A stretch of DNA of 64,000 nucleotides. It comes from an uncultured archaeon. GTDB taxonomy: Archaea; Asgardarchaeota; Lokiarchaeia; Sigyniarchaeales; SOKP01. The position numbers and the translations under genes were made by a program. The notes beneath the pieces are model-generated. The model ran no database searches. It saw only the letters and a program-made list of their open reading frames with translations, and was not told where the DNA came from. Of the stretch, positions 11,186-21,476 are shown in pieces; position 1 is the stretch's first letter; the number at the start of each line of letters is the position of its first letter. The DNA lies in the NCBI GenBank assembly GCA_964486045.1, contig CAZALK010000001.1, positions 392,242 through 456,241 on the forward strand, written 5' to 3'.

Positions 11186-11539
11186 GTGTCGAAATCAAAA
11201 TCACAAAAATGGAAAAATATTAATAAATCAAAAAAAGAACGTCCAAAACTTCAAGAATATAAAAATTGGAAAGAATTGCCACCCATTCCCATTTCCTTGC
11301 CTATTGAGGGAAGTATTGGGACCACTGGAGACTGGAGAACTTTTAGACCCGTAATCAAGGAAAGCTGCAATCAATGCGGTCTCTGTTTTATTTTTTGCCC
11401 AGAAGGCGTAATAAGGAGAAAAGAAGATGGATCTTTTGAAATTGAGCTTAAATATTGTAAGGGCTGTGGAATATGTGGTAAGGAATGTCCATCAAATTCA
11501 ATTGAAATGATTAGAGAGAGTAATATACACGATGGCTGA
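11186..11539 (+). CDS. porD: 2-oxoacid:ferredoxin oxidoreductase delta subunit
   Basis: TGDWRTFRP; two 4Fe-4S motifs. Confidence 0.92.
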   Translation: MSKSKSQKWKNINKSKKERPKLQEYKNWKELPPIPISLPIEGSIGTTGDWRTFRPVIKESCNQCGLCFIFCPEGVIRRKEDGSFEIELKYCKGCGICGKECPSNSIEMIRESNIHDG

Positions 11540-12788
11540 AGCACAAAAAGATTTTATCCAAGAAAGAGAAACCAAAATTATTAAAGGAAATGTAGCAGCT
11601 GCTTATGCCGCAAAATCAGCGCGCGTTCAAGTAATCAGTGCATATCCAATAACTCCTCAAACTACTGTTGTAGAAAAATTGTCTGAATTTGCGGACAACG
11701 GAGAAATGCCTGGAACTCAATATATTCGGGTTGAATCCGAGCATAGCGTTTTTGCTTCGGTTGTGGGTGCTAGTAAAGCAGGAACGAGAACTTTCACAGC
11801 TACCTCAGGTCAAGGCATATTTTATGCTCATGAAATGATTCACTGGGCTGCTGGAGCGAGACTCCCTATTGTTGTTGCGATTGCTTCGAGAGCTCCAGCT
11901 CCTCCTTGGAATATTTGGGCAGACTTTACTGATGTGCTAAGTCAAAGGGATACAGGATGGATGAGTTCATTTTGTGCCTCTCATCAAGAAATTTATGACG
12001 AGATTTTAATGTCTTATAAAGTGTGTGAAGATCATGAAATATTACTTCCAAAATTTATAGCGTATGGTGGTTTTATTCTATCTCATACATCAAAACCAGT
12101 TATAATCGAAGACCAAGATCTTGTAGATGAATTTCTACCTTCTTTACCTGGTGAAGAGGGATGGCCTCATATATGGATAGATCCTAAAAGACCTATGATG
12201 TTTGGAAATCTTATTATGCCGTCAAGTTTTTATTATGAATTTAGGATGAAAATTCATGATGCCTTTATAAGAGCAAAAGAAAAAATTAAAGAAGTAGCAA
12301 TTGAGTTTGAAAAGACATTTGGAAGAGAGTATGGAAACGGATTAATTCAAGAATACCATTTGGATGATGCGAAAATTGGTGTTGTAATTTATGGTGATTT
12401 AGCATTGCAGATGGAGCAAGCTATTGATGATTTGAGGGAAGAAGGATATAAAGTAGGTATGGTAAAGTTAAGGCATTTTCGACCGTTTCCCGTAGAAGAT
12501 ATAATAGACTCAGTCAAAAAAGTTGATATTATTGGGATTATTGATAGAGCAACAGCATTCGGATCTCAAACTGGTGGTCCTGTCAGTTGTGAGGTAAAAT
12601 CAGCTTTACATGGTACAGAAGTGAAAACTAAAGTTTTACCAATCATCAATGGATTAGGAGGAAGGGAAGTTTCTCTCGAACAACAAAAAAATCAATTAAA
12701 GATGTTGGTAAAATTAGAAGAAACTGGAGAGTTACCAAATGACATTTTGCATGGAACTCTCTGGGATGGGTTATTGGAGGTTGAATAA
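11532..12788 (+). CDS. porA: 2-oxoacid:ferredoxin oxidoreductase alpha subunit
   Basis: AYPITPQT, VESEHS, FRPFP. Confidence 0.93.
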   Translation: MAEAQKDFIQERETKIIKGNVAAAYAAKSARVQVISAYPITPQTTVVEKLSEFADNGEMPGTQYIRVESEHSVFASVVGASKAGTRTFTATSGQGIFYAHEMIHWAAGARLPIVVAIASRAPAPPWNIWADFTDVLSQRDTGWMSSFCASHQEIYDEILMSYKVCEDHEILLPKFIAYGGFILSHTSKPVIIEDQDLVDEFLPSLPGEEGWPHIWIDPKRPMMFGNLIMPSSFYYEFRMKIHDAFIRAKEKIKEVAIEFEKTFGREYGNGLIQEYHLDDAKIGVVIYGDLALQMEQAIDDLREEGYKVGMVKLRHFRPFPVEDIIDSVKKVDIIGIIDRATAFGSQTGGPVSCEVKSALHGTEVKTKVLPIINGLGGREVSLEQQKNQLKMLVKLEETGELPNDILHGTLWDGLLEVE

Positions 12789-12791
12789 GAG

Positions 12792-13733
12792 ATGGTAACC
12801 CTAAAAGAAGCGTTAGATTCATGTCAAGAAGAGCTTTTCCTCCCGGGCAACTCTTGCTGTGCTGGTTGTGGTCTTGAGATTGCGCTTAGATGGGCAATGA
12901 AAGCTTTAGGTCCTAATACAGCACTTGTTACCCCCGCTTCATGTTTAAATGTTGTTATTGGGTTATGGCCCAAAACGGCACCAAATTTTCCATTTACGAA
13001 TATGGCATTTGCGGCCGGAGCAGCAGCAGCTACAGGAATGAAAGCTGCCTTCGATGCAAAAGCTTATAAGTTCCCAAATAGAGGATGGGATGAAATAACT
13101 ACGTTAGTGTTTGCGGGAGATGGAGGTACAGCAGACATAGGTATTCAAGGTCTAAGTGGAGCTGCAGAAAGGGATACAGATATAATATATTGTTGTTATG
13201 ATAACGAGGCATATATGAACACTGGAATTCAGCGTTCTTCAAGCACCCCTCACGGAGCAATAACTACCACCACAACTCTTGGAAAAGAAAGGTTTAAGAA
13301 AAACCTTCCTGCTATTTTAGCAGCACATGATATACCTTATGTTGCAACTTGTAGTATAAGCGACCCACTTGATATATATGATAAATTTAAAAAAGCTAAA
13401 TCGATTAAAGGTTGTAAATATATCCACATTTTAGCTCCTTGTCCTCCTGGTTGGGGTTTTATTTCGGAAAACTCAATTGAAGTCGCACGATTGGCTGTAA
13501 AGTCAGGTTCCTGGATATTATTTGAAGTTGAAAATGGTATTATGACTTTATCTAAGCAGAGTAAAGCGTTAATAGATGCTTCTAAGAGAGTTCCATTAGT
13601 TGATTATCTTTCTAAACAAAAAAGGTTCTCAAAAATTTCCGAAAAGGATTTAATAGAACTCCAAGGAAGACTGAATCAGAATTGGGAAAAAATAACCGTA
13701 GAATTGAGTTGTCAAGAGGAATACTCAAAATAA
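12792..13733 (+). CDS. porB: 2-oxoacid:ferredoxin oxidoreductase beta subunit
   Basis: CAGCG, GDGGTADIG, DNEAYMNTGIQRS. Confidence 0.93.
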   Translation: MVTLKEALDSCQEELFLPGNSCCAGCGLEIALRWAMKALGPNTALVTPASCLNVVIGLWPKTAPNFPFTNMAFAAGAAAATGMKAAFDAKAYKFPNRGWDEITTLVFAGDGGTADIGIQGLSGAAERDTDIIYCCYDNEAYMNTGIQRSSSTPHGAITTTTTLGKERFKKNLPAILAAHDIPYVATCSISDPLDIYDKFKKAKSIKGCKYIHILAPCPPGWGFISENSIEVARLAVKSGSWILFEVENGIMTLSKQSKALIDASKRVPLVDYLSKQKRFSKISEKDLIELQGRLNQNWEKITVELSCQEEYSK

Positions 13734-13964
13734 ATTACAAATTTTTTCAATCTACACTTTTCATTGTTAATTTTTTTAGTATGACATTTACAACTTGTTA
13801 ACAATTCTTCACAAAATGAGCTAAAAGAAAAAAATTTCTTTTTCAAATTTGAAATTCTGCACTCAATAATATCATTACCTCTGATCTAATAAAACAAATT
13901 TATAATTAATATTGATTTTTTCAATTTAATGAACTTAAATATAGAACAAACTTAGCTAATATTA

Positions 13965-14624
13965 ATGGGATTTTTAGTAAAGCTTGCTGGGAAAGAATTG
14001 AAGGAAATATCCTTCTATTTAGAGATTGCTGTTGAAAATATTATTGAGGGAAAAATAATTTCTTTTCCCACTAATTCAGTTTATGGTATCGGAGGTAACC
14101 CCTTAAATTTAAATGTAATCAACAGATTATATGATATTAAGTTTCGAGACAGATCTAAAGGGTTTCTGTTATTGGCTTCTGATATTGAAGAAGCTTTAAA
14201 AATTGCTGAATTTAACGACTTAGCTCATAAATTAGCGAACCATTATTGGCCAGGTCAGTTAACACTAATATTAAATAAAAAGGCCCAAAATATAATACCA
14301 CCAGAAGTCACTGCCTTTAAAACCACTATTGGTTTGAGAGTTCCTGAGAATGAAATTATTTTGGAAATATTAAATATTTTGAAATCGAAAGGACATCTTG
14401 GAGTTATTATAGGCACTTCAGCAAATTATTCAGGAGAACCTCCGTGTATTAGTGGGGGAGAAGTTGCAAAAAAAGTATTAAGTCCGATTGATCTAATCAT
14501 TGATGGTGGTAAATCTAAATCCCAACTTTCAACTACGATTGTAGACTGTTCGACATCAGAACCAAATTTCTTAAGAATAGGGAAAATACCTCAGGAAGAG
14601 ATATTAGAGCTTTTATCAAAATAA
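13965..14624 (+). CDS. sua5: Threonylcarbamoyl-AMP synthase (Sua5/TsaC)
   Basis: FPTNSVYG, WPGQLT, TSANYSG, STTIVD. Confidence 0.92.
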   Translation: MGFLVKLAGKELKEISFYLEIAVENIIEGKIISFPTNSVYGIGGNPLNLNVINRLYDIKFRDRSKGFLLLASDIEEALKIAEFNDLAHKLANHYWPGQLTLILNKKAQNIIPPEVTAFKTTIGLRVPENEIILEILNILKSKGHLGVIIGTSANYSGEPPCISGGEVAKKVLSPIDLIIDGGKSKSQLSTTIVDCSTSEPNFLRIGKIPQEEILELLSK

Positions 14625-14638
14625 TGAAAGTGATATAA

Positions 14639-15154
14639 ATAAAAAATTTTAATTTATTAATTTCAACTTCTAGATATAATGAGACAAATTCCTGTGCAGA
14701 ATTATGGTTTACTCTACTAATATGTGGTGATAAATATCCAATAATATCAAGAATAACGTTTCCTGGGTTAATTACTGCATTAACTGAGATTGATGCCAAA
14801 ACAGTAATCCAAAAAATCCGAAAAATATTGAAAAATGATACCCAATTTTTCCAATATATCCTGAAAATTGTCCCTATAGATTATGTGTGTGAATCTAACA
14901 CTAAAAAATTAGCAAATTTGATACAGGATAATTATAAAACATATATTAAGGATAAAGATTCTTTTAAAGTGGTTTTAAAGCGAAGGAAACATGAGAAAAT
15001 AGAAAGGCATACGTTTATTGAACGAGTCACCAAAGGTATCAATAATAAAGTTGATCTTGAAAACCCAGATAAAGTAATTAGGATTGAAGTATTAGGGAAT
15101 TTTAGTGGTGTGTCCTTTTTAGAGAAAAAAGAAATCATTCAAAGAGATGAGTAA
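14639..15154 (+). CDS. THUMP-domain protein; frame open from ATA at 14639
   Basis: KNFNLLISTSR...ILKIVPID...KVDLENPDKVIRIEVLG; the track start at 14828 truncates the domain. Confidence 0.8.
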   Translation: MKNFNLLISTSRYNETNSCAELWFTLLICGDKYPIISRITFPGLITALTEIDAKTVIQKIRKILKNDTQFFQYILKIVPIDYVCESNTKKLANLIQDNYKTYIKDKDSFKVVLKRRKHEKIERHTFIERVTKGINNKVDLENPDKVIRIEVLGNFSGVSFLEKKEIIQRDE

Positions 15155-15161
15155 GGACTGT

Positions 15162-15866
15162 TTAAGTTGATTTTATTTTTTCTAAATTTAGTAAGGCCAT
15201 TTTTTCACTGATTAGATCAAAGATCACCATTGATATATCACTTAGGTTGCTTTTCAGCTTATCCCGATTAATGTTTTTAATTCCATAAGATTTTAATACA
15301 GAGCTAATTTGAGAATCAGAAAATTCATAAATTTGTATAATTTCAGTAATCTTCTTAGGCGTCAAGTCATTTAAAGTAATATCTATCTCGTGTGCGCTTA
15401 GAAACTCTAATAAATCATTAAGAATATTTTTAAGGTTATTAATGGGAGAGATAATGCAGGTTGTAAATTTACCCTTATTTAAATCATCAGAATCAAGGCC
15501 AAATAGTTTAATACCCCTACTTATTTGCCTATGGGTTGACAAATATAATATTAATTCAATAGCTTTCTTATTAGATATAAGAGTTTCATGGAATAGAGCT
15601 TTTTGCAGATAATAACATGCTACAAATATATGTTCCTGGTTTAAAACATATTTATCTTTAATTATTTGTATTGTCGATTCTTTGTTTTTATTTTGAAGTT
15701 CTTCAATCTTTTTAAAAAAATAATTTGATGCTTCTTCTTGGTCAGAAAGTTCCTTAACTTCCATAAATTTTCGTAATTCAAATTCTATCTGACTAATTCC
15801 AATAAAATATTTTAAATCCATTTCTTTAATATAAAATTCTTTTACAATCACACAGGTAAACTCCAT
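15162..15866 (-). CDS. cgi121: KEOPS subunit Cgi121
   Basis: ELILYLSTHRQISRGIKLFG motif. Confidence 0.8.
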   Translation of the reverse strand: MEFTCVIVKEFYIKEMDLKYFIGISQIEFELRKFMEVKELSDQEEASNYFFKKIEELQNKNKESTIQIIKDKYVLNQEHIFVACYYLQKALFHETLISNKKAIELILYLSTHRQISRGIKLFGLDSDDLNKGKFTTCIISPINNLKNILNDLLEFLSAHEIDITLNDLTPKKITEIIQIYEFSDSQISSVLKSYGIKNINRDKLKSNLSDISMVIFDLISEKMALLNLEKIKST

Positions 15867-16636
15867 GAAAAGAATTCAGGCATTAGATTAAAAAATATTT
15901 TTAAGATTATAAATGCTGTGAGAAAGAATATCAAATAGAGAGTAAAAATCCAATCCTTTAAGGAGTATTTAATAGTATAATAATATGTACGTTCTTTGTT
16001 ACTCCCAAATGCTCTTGATTCTAGAGCTTCTGCTACATTAAAAGCTCTTTTAATTGAACATATAATCAGTGGAATTAATAAAGGAAATAAATTTTTAATT
16101 TGGTTAATAATCCCTTTTTCTTGCATTTCATACCCTCTACTTTGTTGAGCGTCTATGATATTTTGAGCTTCTTTTGCGATTGTTGGTACAAATCTAAATG
16201 CTAATGAGAAAGCAAATGCAAATTCATACGGTAGTTTCATTGAAATTAAAGATAAAGCTAAATTATTCGGATCCACAGTCAAAAAAAAGATTGAAAATGC
16301 AGAAACCATTATGAAAATCCTCAGTATCATAGCAACTGAAAAAGACAAGGAGATAAATAATGTGTTTAAAACTATTATAAAAATGACCAAGAAAGATAAA
16401 CCGCTTAGACTTTTAATCCATTGCCTAAAAATTTTTCCAATAATTACCAGCGGGATTAGACTTAGAAATATTATCAATAAAGGAACAATTTTTTTGAATA
16501 ATAACCCTATAATCGTATAAATTATAGCCAGAAATAGCTTAGCGCGAGGATCTAAATTATGTAAAAAAGATTCCTTTTTCATAAATTTAAAAGCATTAAG
16601 AAATTCTAAAGACATGTAATCTACCTCTTTAAACAC
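15848..16636 (-). CDS. ecfT: ECF transporter T component
   Basis: LDPRAKL, AFRFVP, AQQSRG, ALESRAF. Confidence 0.92.
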   Translation of the reverse strand: MFKEVDYMSLEFLNAFKFMKKESFLHNLDPRAKLFLAIIYTIIGLLFKKIVPLLIIFLSLIPLVIIGKIFRQWIKSLSGLSFLVIFIIVLNTLFISLSFSVAMILRIFIMVSAFSIFFLTVDPNNLALSLISMKLPYEFAFAFSLAFRFVPTIAKEAQNIIDAQQSRGYEMQEKGIINQIKNLFPLLIPLIICSIKRAFNVAEALESRAFGSNKERTYYYTIKYSLKDWIFTLYLIFFLTAFIILKIFFNLMPEFFSWSLPV

Positions 16637-17495
16637 TCCTTGAGTTGTTTTTAATAAATTGTATTAAATATTCGGTTACATCAGATTTCGAAAATAATGT
16701 ATCAGTGTTTTGAAAACCGTTCATTTGTAAAGCTAACGATAATTGTCGAGATTGTGGTAATACAAGTGATGCCTTTTCAATTAATTCCTCACCATTTAAT
16801 ACTTTTTGTGTAGGTCCATCTGCAATTATCTTCCCATCTGCCATTAAAATTGTTCTTGGTATATGTTCAAAGGCGAATTCGATATTATGGGTAATAATTA
16901 TTATTGTTTTGTCATTTTTTCTTTCTTTTTGGATTAAGCTTAGGAAAAATTCAATCTCTCTCGCATCTTGTCCTAACGTAGGTTCATCGAAGACTAAAAT
17001 ATCTGGATTTCTACAAAATATTGAAGCGATAGCTAATTTTTTTGATTCCCCTCCTGAGAGATTTAGAGGAGAACGGTCTTTATATTTCTCAAGATTGAAT
17101 TGTCTTAAAATTTTATTTGTTCTTGTTTGACTCTCTTCTTTATTTAAATTAAAACTTTTTAAAGAAAATTTAATTTCATCCTCCACTGTGTTAGCAAAGA
17201 GCTGATGAGACGCATTTTGAAATATTAACCCCACTTTTTTTGATAATGTCGCTATTGTAGTGGTTTTTATATTAGTGTTGTTAATATAAATATCACCTTG
17301 TGTTGGTCTGATTAGCCCATTTAAAGTTCGTATTAGCGTTGTCTTACCTGCTCCATTTTTACCCATAATTCCAACGAGTTCTCCCCCATAGAGATTTAAA
17401 TTGATGTCTTTTAAAGCAGCAGTACCATTCGGATATTTATAAATAACATTTTTGATCATTATCAGAGGTAATTCTGTGCTTATATAACTCACCAT
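16629..17495 (-). CDS. ecfA2: ECF transporter ATPase
   Basis: GKNGAGKT, LSGGE, FDEPT. Confidence 0.9.
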   Translation of the reverse strand: MVSYISTELPLIMIKNVIYKYPNGTAALKDINLNLYGGELVGIMGKNGAGKTTLIRTLNGLIRPTQGDIYINNTNIKTTTIATLSKKVGLIFQNASHQLFANTVEDEIKFSLKSFNLNKEESQTRTNKILRQFNLEKYKDRSPLNLSGGESKKLAIASIFCRNPDILVFDEPTLGQDAREIEFFLSLIQKERKNDKTIIIITHNIEFAFEHIPRTILMADGKIIADGPTQKVLNGEELIEKASLVLPQSRQLSLALQMNGFQNTDTLFSKSDVTEYLIQFIKNNSRSV

Positions 17496-17504
17496 TTATT
17501 TTTG

Positions 17505-18344
17505 TTATATTTTTTTCAAGATTTTTATAGCGTCTGGGATTGAATGAGGAATCCGTCCCTCAAATAAGTTTTCTTCTCTTAATTTCATAAATATTGAATA
17601 AATTACTGGTTTGTTTAAATTTAATTTTTGGAAATTGTCCCCATTGATGACTTTTTCTAGTGAATTTATTTCAATAACTCCCCCATCTTTCATCAAGATC
17701 ATTTGGTCCGCGAAAGGGAGCAACAAATCCAATCGATGTTCACTTATCAGAATTGTAATTTTTCTTTCTAATTGAATCTCTTTCAAAAGGTTAATAATCT
17801 TTTTTGCCATTTTGGGATCTAATAATGCAGTTGGTTCATCTAAGATTAAAAGTTTTGGTTCTAATACTAAAATTGAAGCAATTGCAACCCGTTGTTGTTC
17901 ACCTCCACTTAATTCGAAGGGTGCTTTATCGAGAATGTGTTCTATCTCTGTCAATGAAGCGCTTTCTTCGATTTTTTGAGCAATTTTTTTTTGGGGTATA
18001 CCCAGATTTTCTAAACCAAATGCTATTTCGTGTTCTACACTCATAGCAATTAACTGATTTTCCGGGTTTTGAAAGACTATACCTACTTCAGTTGATAAAT
18101 TAGCAACAGATGTTTCAACTGTGTTTATTTCATTTATAAATACTTTACCCTTGTAAAAACCAGAATAAAATTGTGGAATTAAGCCATTCATACACCTAAT
18201 TAAGGTAGTTTTGCCAGAACCAGTTTCTCCACAGAGCAACACGAAATTGTCGTTTTTTTCTATTCTTAAATTAATGTTGTTTAAAGCATACTCTTCATTT
18301 CCTTTATAACGATAAAAAAATTTTTCGAATCTTATTAAATCCAT
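17505..18344 (-). CDS. ecfA1: ECF transporter ATPase
   Basis: GETGSGKT, FQNPENQ, LSGGEQQR. Confidence 0.9.
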   Translation of the reverse strand: MDLIRFEKFFYRYKGNEEYALNNINLRIEKNDNFVLLCGETGSGKTTLIRCMNGLIPQFYSGFYKGKVFINEINTVETSVANLSTEVGIVFQNPENQLIAMSVEHEIAFGLENLGIPQKKIAQKIEESASLTEIEHILDKAPFELSGGEQQRVAIASILVLEPKLLILDEPTALLDPKMAKKIINLLKEIQLERKITILISEHRLDLLLPFADQMILMKDGGVIEINSLEKVINGDNFQKLNLNKPVIYSIFMKLREENLFEGRIPHSIPDAIKILKKI

Positions 18345-18394
18345 GCGTAAAGTAAATCAAGTTTCAATTTTGAATTATAATAATCCTTGATTAA

Positions 18395-19417
18395 TTAAAA
18401 TTTAGATCGCAAAATCAGTTTTATTTTATCCACGATTTTAAACAGATAAGTATCTAAACTAGTTTCAAAAGTCAATGCTGCAGCACCATCATGTCCTCCT
18501 CCACTTCCCCCAAGATTATTTGAAAGTTCTTCAAAAATTTTTCCTAAATGCAATCCGGTTTTTAAACAAATACTTTTCTTGGCCCTGCTATGGATCACAT
18601 ATTGATTTTTCTCCTTTGAATGAGTAATGCAAACATCACACCCTATAGATATTATAGCTGTAGCAACTTTAGCACCAAAACTACTAACATTAGTTATCCC
18701 TATTAAATATGATCCTTCACGAATTAGTTCTAATCTTTGCAAGCCTTTAATTTTTGCTATTTTTTCTGAGATATTGACATCTCTATTCAATAACAACTTA
18801 ACTTCTTGAAAATTTAAATCCTTACCTAATAATCCAGCAATATTTTTTATTGTATTATTGGTTCCATATTTAAAAAAGCCAGAATCAGTTAAAATTGCGG
18901 TAATCACGAGATATTTATATGGAAGAGGTAAATCTAGAGAAAAATTCTCAAAAAATGTTAAGATGATTTCAGCTGTAGAGGAAAAATCATCATCTATTAA
19001 ATTTAGATGACCCAAATTTGCATTATCTGATTTCTCTTCATTGTAGTGATGGTGATCAATGATAATATAAGGGATTCCTATTTTTATTGTTTCTTTTTCT
19101 CCGTTAAATCGTATTTGACTAATAGAATTTGCATCAATTATAAGGCACACATCGAAATTCATGAGATGTATATCCTTCCGATAAGAAAAATTAAAATTGG
19201 GGAATTTTTTGTTAAACTTAGACATGTATATCTTGGTAGTTTTTGTTAATTCTGACAAAAAAATGGAGACATTGGGATTTTTTAGATATTCAAATAAAAA
19301 GAATTTGAAAGCAAAACAAGATGCGAGCCCATCAATATCTACTAAATCATGGGTAGCGATAATGATTTTCTTGCCTTTCAAATAGGTTAAAACATCATTA
19401 AACTTTGAGTTTAACAT
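18395..19417 (-). CDS. DHH/DHHA1 phosphoesterase
   Basis: HDLVDIDG, IDHH, TDSG, GGGHDGAA. Confidence 0.9.
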   Translation of the reverse strand: MLNSKFNDVLTYLKGKKIIIATHDLVDIDGLASCFAFKFFLFEYLKNPNVSIFLSELTKTTKIYMSKFNKKFPNFNFSYRKDIHLMNFDVCLIIDANSISQIRFNGEKETIKIGIPYIIIDHHHYNEEKSDNANLGHLNLIDDDFSSTAEIILTFFENFSLDLPLPYKYLVITAILTDSGFFKYGTNNTIKNIAGLLGKDLNFQEVKLLLNRDVNISEKIAKIKGLQRLELIREGSYLIGITNVSSFGAKVATAIISIGCDVCITHSKEKNQYVIHSRAKKSICLKTGLHLGKIFEELSNNLGGSGGGHDGAAALTFETSLDTYLFKIVDKIKLILRSKF

Positions 19418-19425
19418 AAAGTCAT

Positions 19426-19791
19426 TTAAGCGCCTTTATTTTGAAGATCAGACTGAATAGAATTAGTTAATGTTTTAATTTGATTTTCCAATCTTGATTT
19501 TTTCTGATCTAACGTTTTTAATCTCATTTCAAGAGTTACTTTTAGGCTTTTCTTCTCATCAAGCAACTTATTTTTTTCACTTAAAATAAGAATTCCTCCT
19601 AAAGACTTGTAAACCACCGTGTCATCTGAGCTAATCTTTTCCAATTCTTCAACTGCAAATTCAGTTTCTCTAAGATAAGAATCTGTCTGTCTTCTTTGAG
19701 TCTCGATAATTTCAAAAGTTTGTTGTAAGTTAGCTAAATTCTGGATCTTATTTTTTTGTTCTTCATCTAAATCATCAAGATTAATTGTCAT
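19426..19791 (-). CDS. pfdB: Prefoldin beta subunit
   Basis: Coiled coils around VYKSLGGILI; exosome operon context. Confidence 0.9.
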   Translation of the reverse strand: MTINLDDLDEEQKNKIQNLANLQQTFEIIETQRRQTDSYLRETEFAVEELEKISSDDTVVYKSLGGILILSEKNKLLDEKKSLKVTLEMRLKTLDQKKSRLENQIKTLTNSIQSDLQNKGA

Positions 19792-19846
19792 ATATTCTCT
19801 TCCTTATTCCTGATTTAAATTATTGGTTAATGTAATATTCTTTTTC

Positions 19847-20119
19847 TTAAGTAATTTCTGTTATACCTATAGTATTATCAATTATCTTCCCAAAACTTAT
19901 AATTTCGTTAACCGATGCCCTAAAAGCCGTGATATCATTACTCTCGATTTTAAAAAAAAGGATGTCATGGGTTTTTTTCTCTATTAAAACTTTAGAACGT
20001 TTAGTTTGTAACTTCTCTATCTCAGGGATGAATGAGTTGTAAGATATATCTCGACTCTCAGAATTATTAAATTTTAATTCTATTAGTGATTCAATTGAAA
20101 AAATTTTACTTTGATTCAT
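19847..20119 (-). CDS. pcc1: KEOPS subunit Pcc1
   Basis: IESNDITAFRASVN motif; operon context. Confidence 0.85.
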   Translation of the reverse strand: MNQSKIFSIESLIELKFNNSESRDISYNSFIPEIEKLQTKRSKVLIEKKTHDILFFKIESNDITAFRASVNEIISFGKIIDNTIGITEIT

Positions 20120-20412
20120 TATTCTTCAATCGCTTCTAATTCTCTTTGCTTACGTTTACTTATTCGGAAGGACTCAGCCCCACGAGGAGTTTCGATAAAA
20201 TATGCTCCACCAGTAAAACGTGCACCGCATTTTTTACAGTGCCAAATTCCTGTTGATATTCTATGTGTAGTACCTTTAGTTTGGCACTTTGGACAGATTA
20301 AATCTCCTTTCATTTTTTCTAAAATAAGTCTCCAACGTTTTCTGAGTGTAGATCCATATCTAGCTTGGAAACGCCCACTTATGCCAACTTTTTTCGTAGT
20401 CAGAAAAATCAC
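20119..20412 (-). CDS. rpl37ae: Ribosomal protein eL43/L37Ae
   Basis: TKKVG...RYGSTLRK, CPKC, GIWHCKKC, FTGGAY. Confidence 0.97.
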   Translation of the reverse strand: MIFLTTKKVGISGRFQARYGSTLRKRWRLILEKMKGDLICPKCQTKGTTHRISTGIWHCKKCGARFTGGAYFIETPRGAESFRISKRKQRELEAIEE

Positions 20413-20646
20413 ATCAATATTTTATATGATTTTAATTTTTAACTGTAAATTAATTTTACGATTTTCTTCCAAATCTATCCTTCTTCAATTTTTAGGTGTT
20501 TTTGAAATGGTTAGGATCAAAAATCCCTATGGAACGTTTAAAACTCTAAGAGAAGGTAAATTAATTTAAGACAAAAATATAACTGACAACTAATAACGTT
20601 ATAGGCATTTACTTAAAAAGAATAAAAAAGAATAAAATAATCTATC

Positions 20647-21474
20647 TTAGTTAATTTTAGATTGGTATTGAGTTAAATTTAACTGTTTTCGCAATTTTTG
20701 ACCCATATCTATTGATCTTTTAGCTAGCATTTTAATTTCATCAATTGAAAATGTCGCTACCCCACTTTTTTGGATTGATGTTATCTTATTTTCTGTAACT
20801 GAGATTGAAATTCTCCCTTCACAAACCATTTCTTCAGGTAACTTTGGATCTGAAAAGATAATATCATCAATTTTTCCATAGGTAAACGCAAGTGGTAGCT
20901 CATTTACTAAATCTTTTCCTGTTAAATATTTTCCTGTCCATTCTAGTCCGTTATCTCCAATTTTACCCTCAGGAATGTGAGCGGATAGTAATGTAGTTAG
21001 CGCACCTATAGCTCCGGCATCAATTAAGTTCCCATCGTGATTCAATACATACATATCAACGAAAAGTATATAAACAGCTTCCTTTTCCTTAATACAAAGT
21101 TTTTTAGTCTGAACACAATCTGCGTGCCTAATTCCACGATCAACAACTCGAGCTAATTCTATTGATTGTTCATCTGGGGGGCCTCTTTCAAACAAAGGGG
21201 ATGCTAATGGAAGTAACTCCGCCATAACAGTACAAACACCCTCGTCTGGGAGATCTGGGAAGGGTGTCCCAACATCGTATTTTATACCAGTTATTATCCT
21301 GGTATCTCCTAATAAAACATCTGCAGAACCTTCAGCTGAAGCAATAACATCACTTTTAATTTCAACTTTCCGTAAATCCCAAATCCCTCTTCCATCAATC
21401 CGTTCTTCTTTTCGCAAATTTGATTTAATATAATTCTTTTCAATTCTTGAGACAATACGTTTAATATTCATCAT
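20647..21474 (-). CDS. rrp42: Exosome subunit Rrp42
   Basis: RIDGRG, GPPDEQSIELARVVDRGIR. Confidence 0.95.
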   Translation of the reverse strand: MMNIKRIVSRIEKNYIKSNLRKEERIDGRGIWDLRKVEIKSDVIASAEGSADVLLGDTRIITGIKYDVGTPFPDLPDEGVCTVMAELLPLASPLFERGPPDEQSIELARVVDRGIRHADCVQTKKLCIKEKEAVYILFVDMYVLNHDGNLIDAGAIGALTTLLSAHIPEGKIGDNGLEWTGKYLTGKDLVNELPLAFTYGKIDDIIFSDPKLPEEMVCEGRISISVTENKITSIQKSGVATFSIDEIKMLAKRSIDMGQKLRKQLNLTQYQSKIN

Positions 21475-21476
21475 TG

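Noticed and set aside
20111-20569. Antisense ORFs in the track (e.g. 20111-20569, 6313-6618, 21667-22005, 44286-44687)
   Set aside because: Shadows of well-supported genes on the opposite strand
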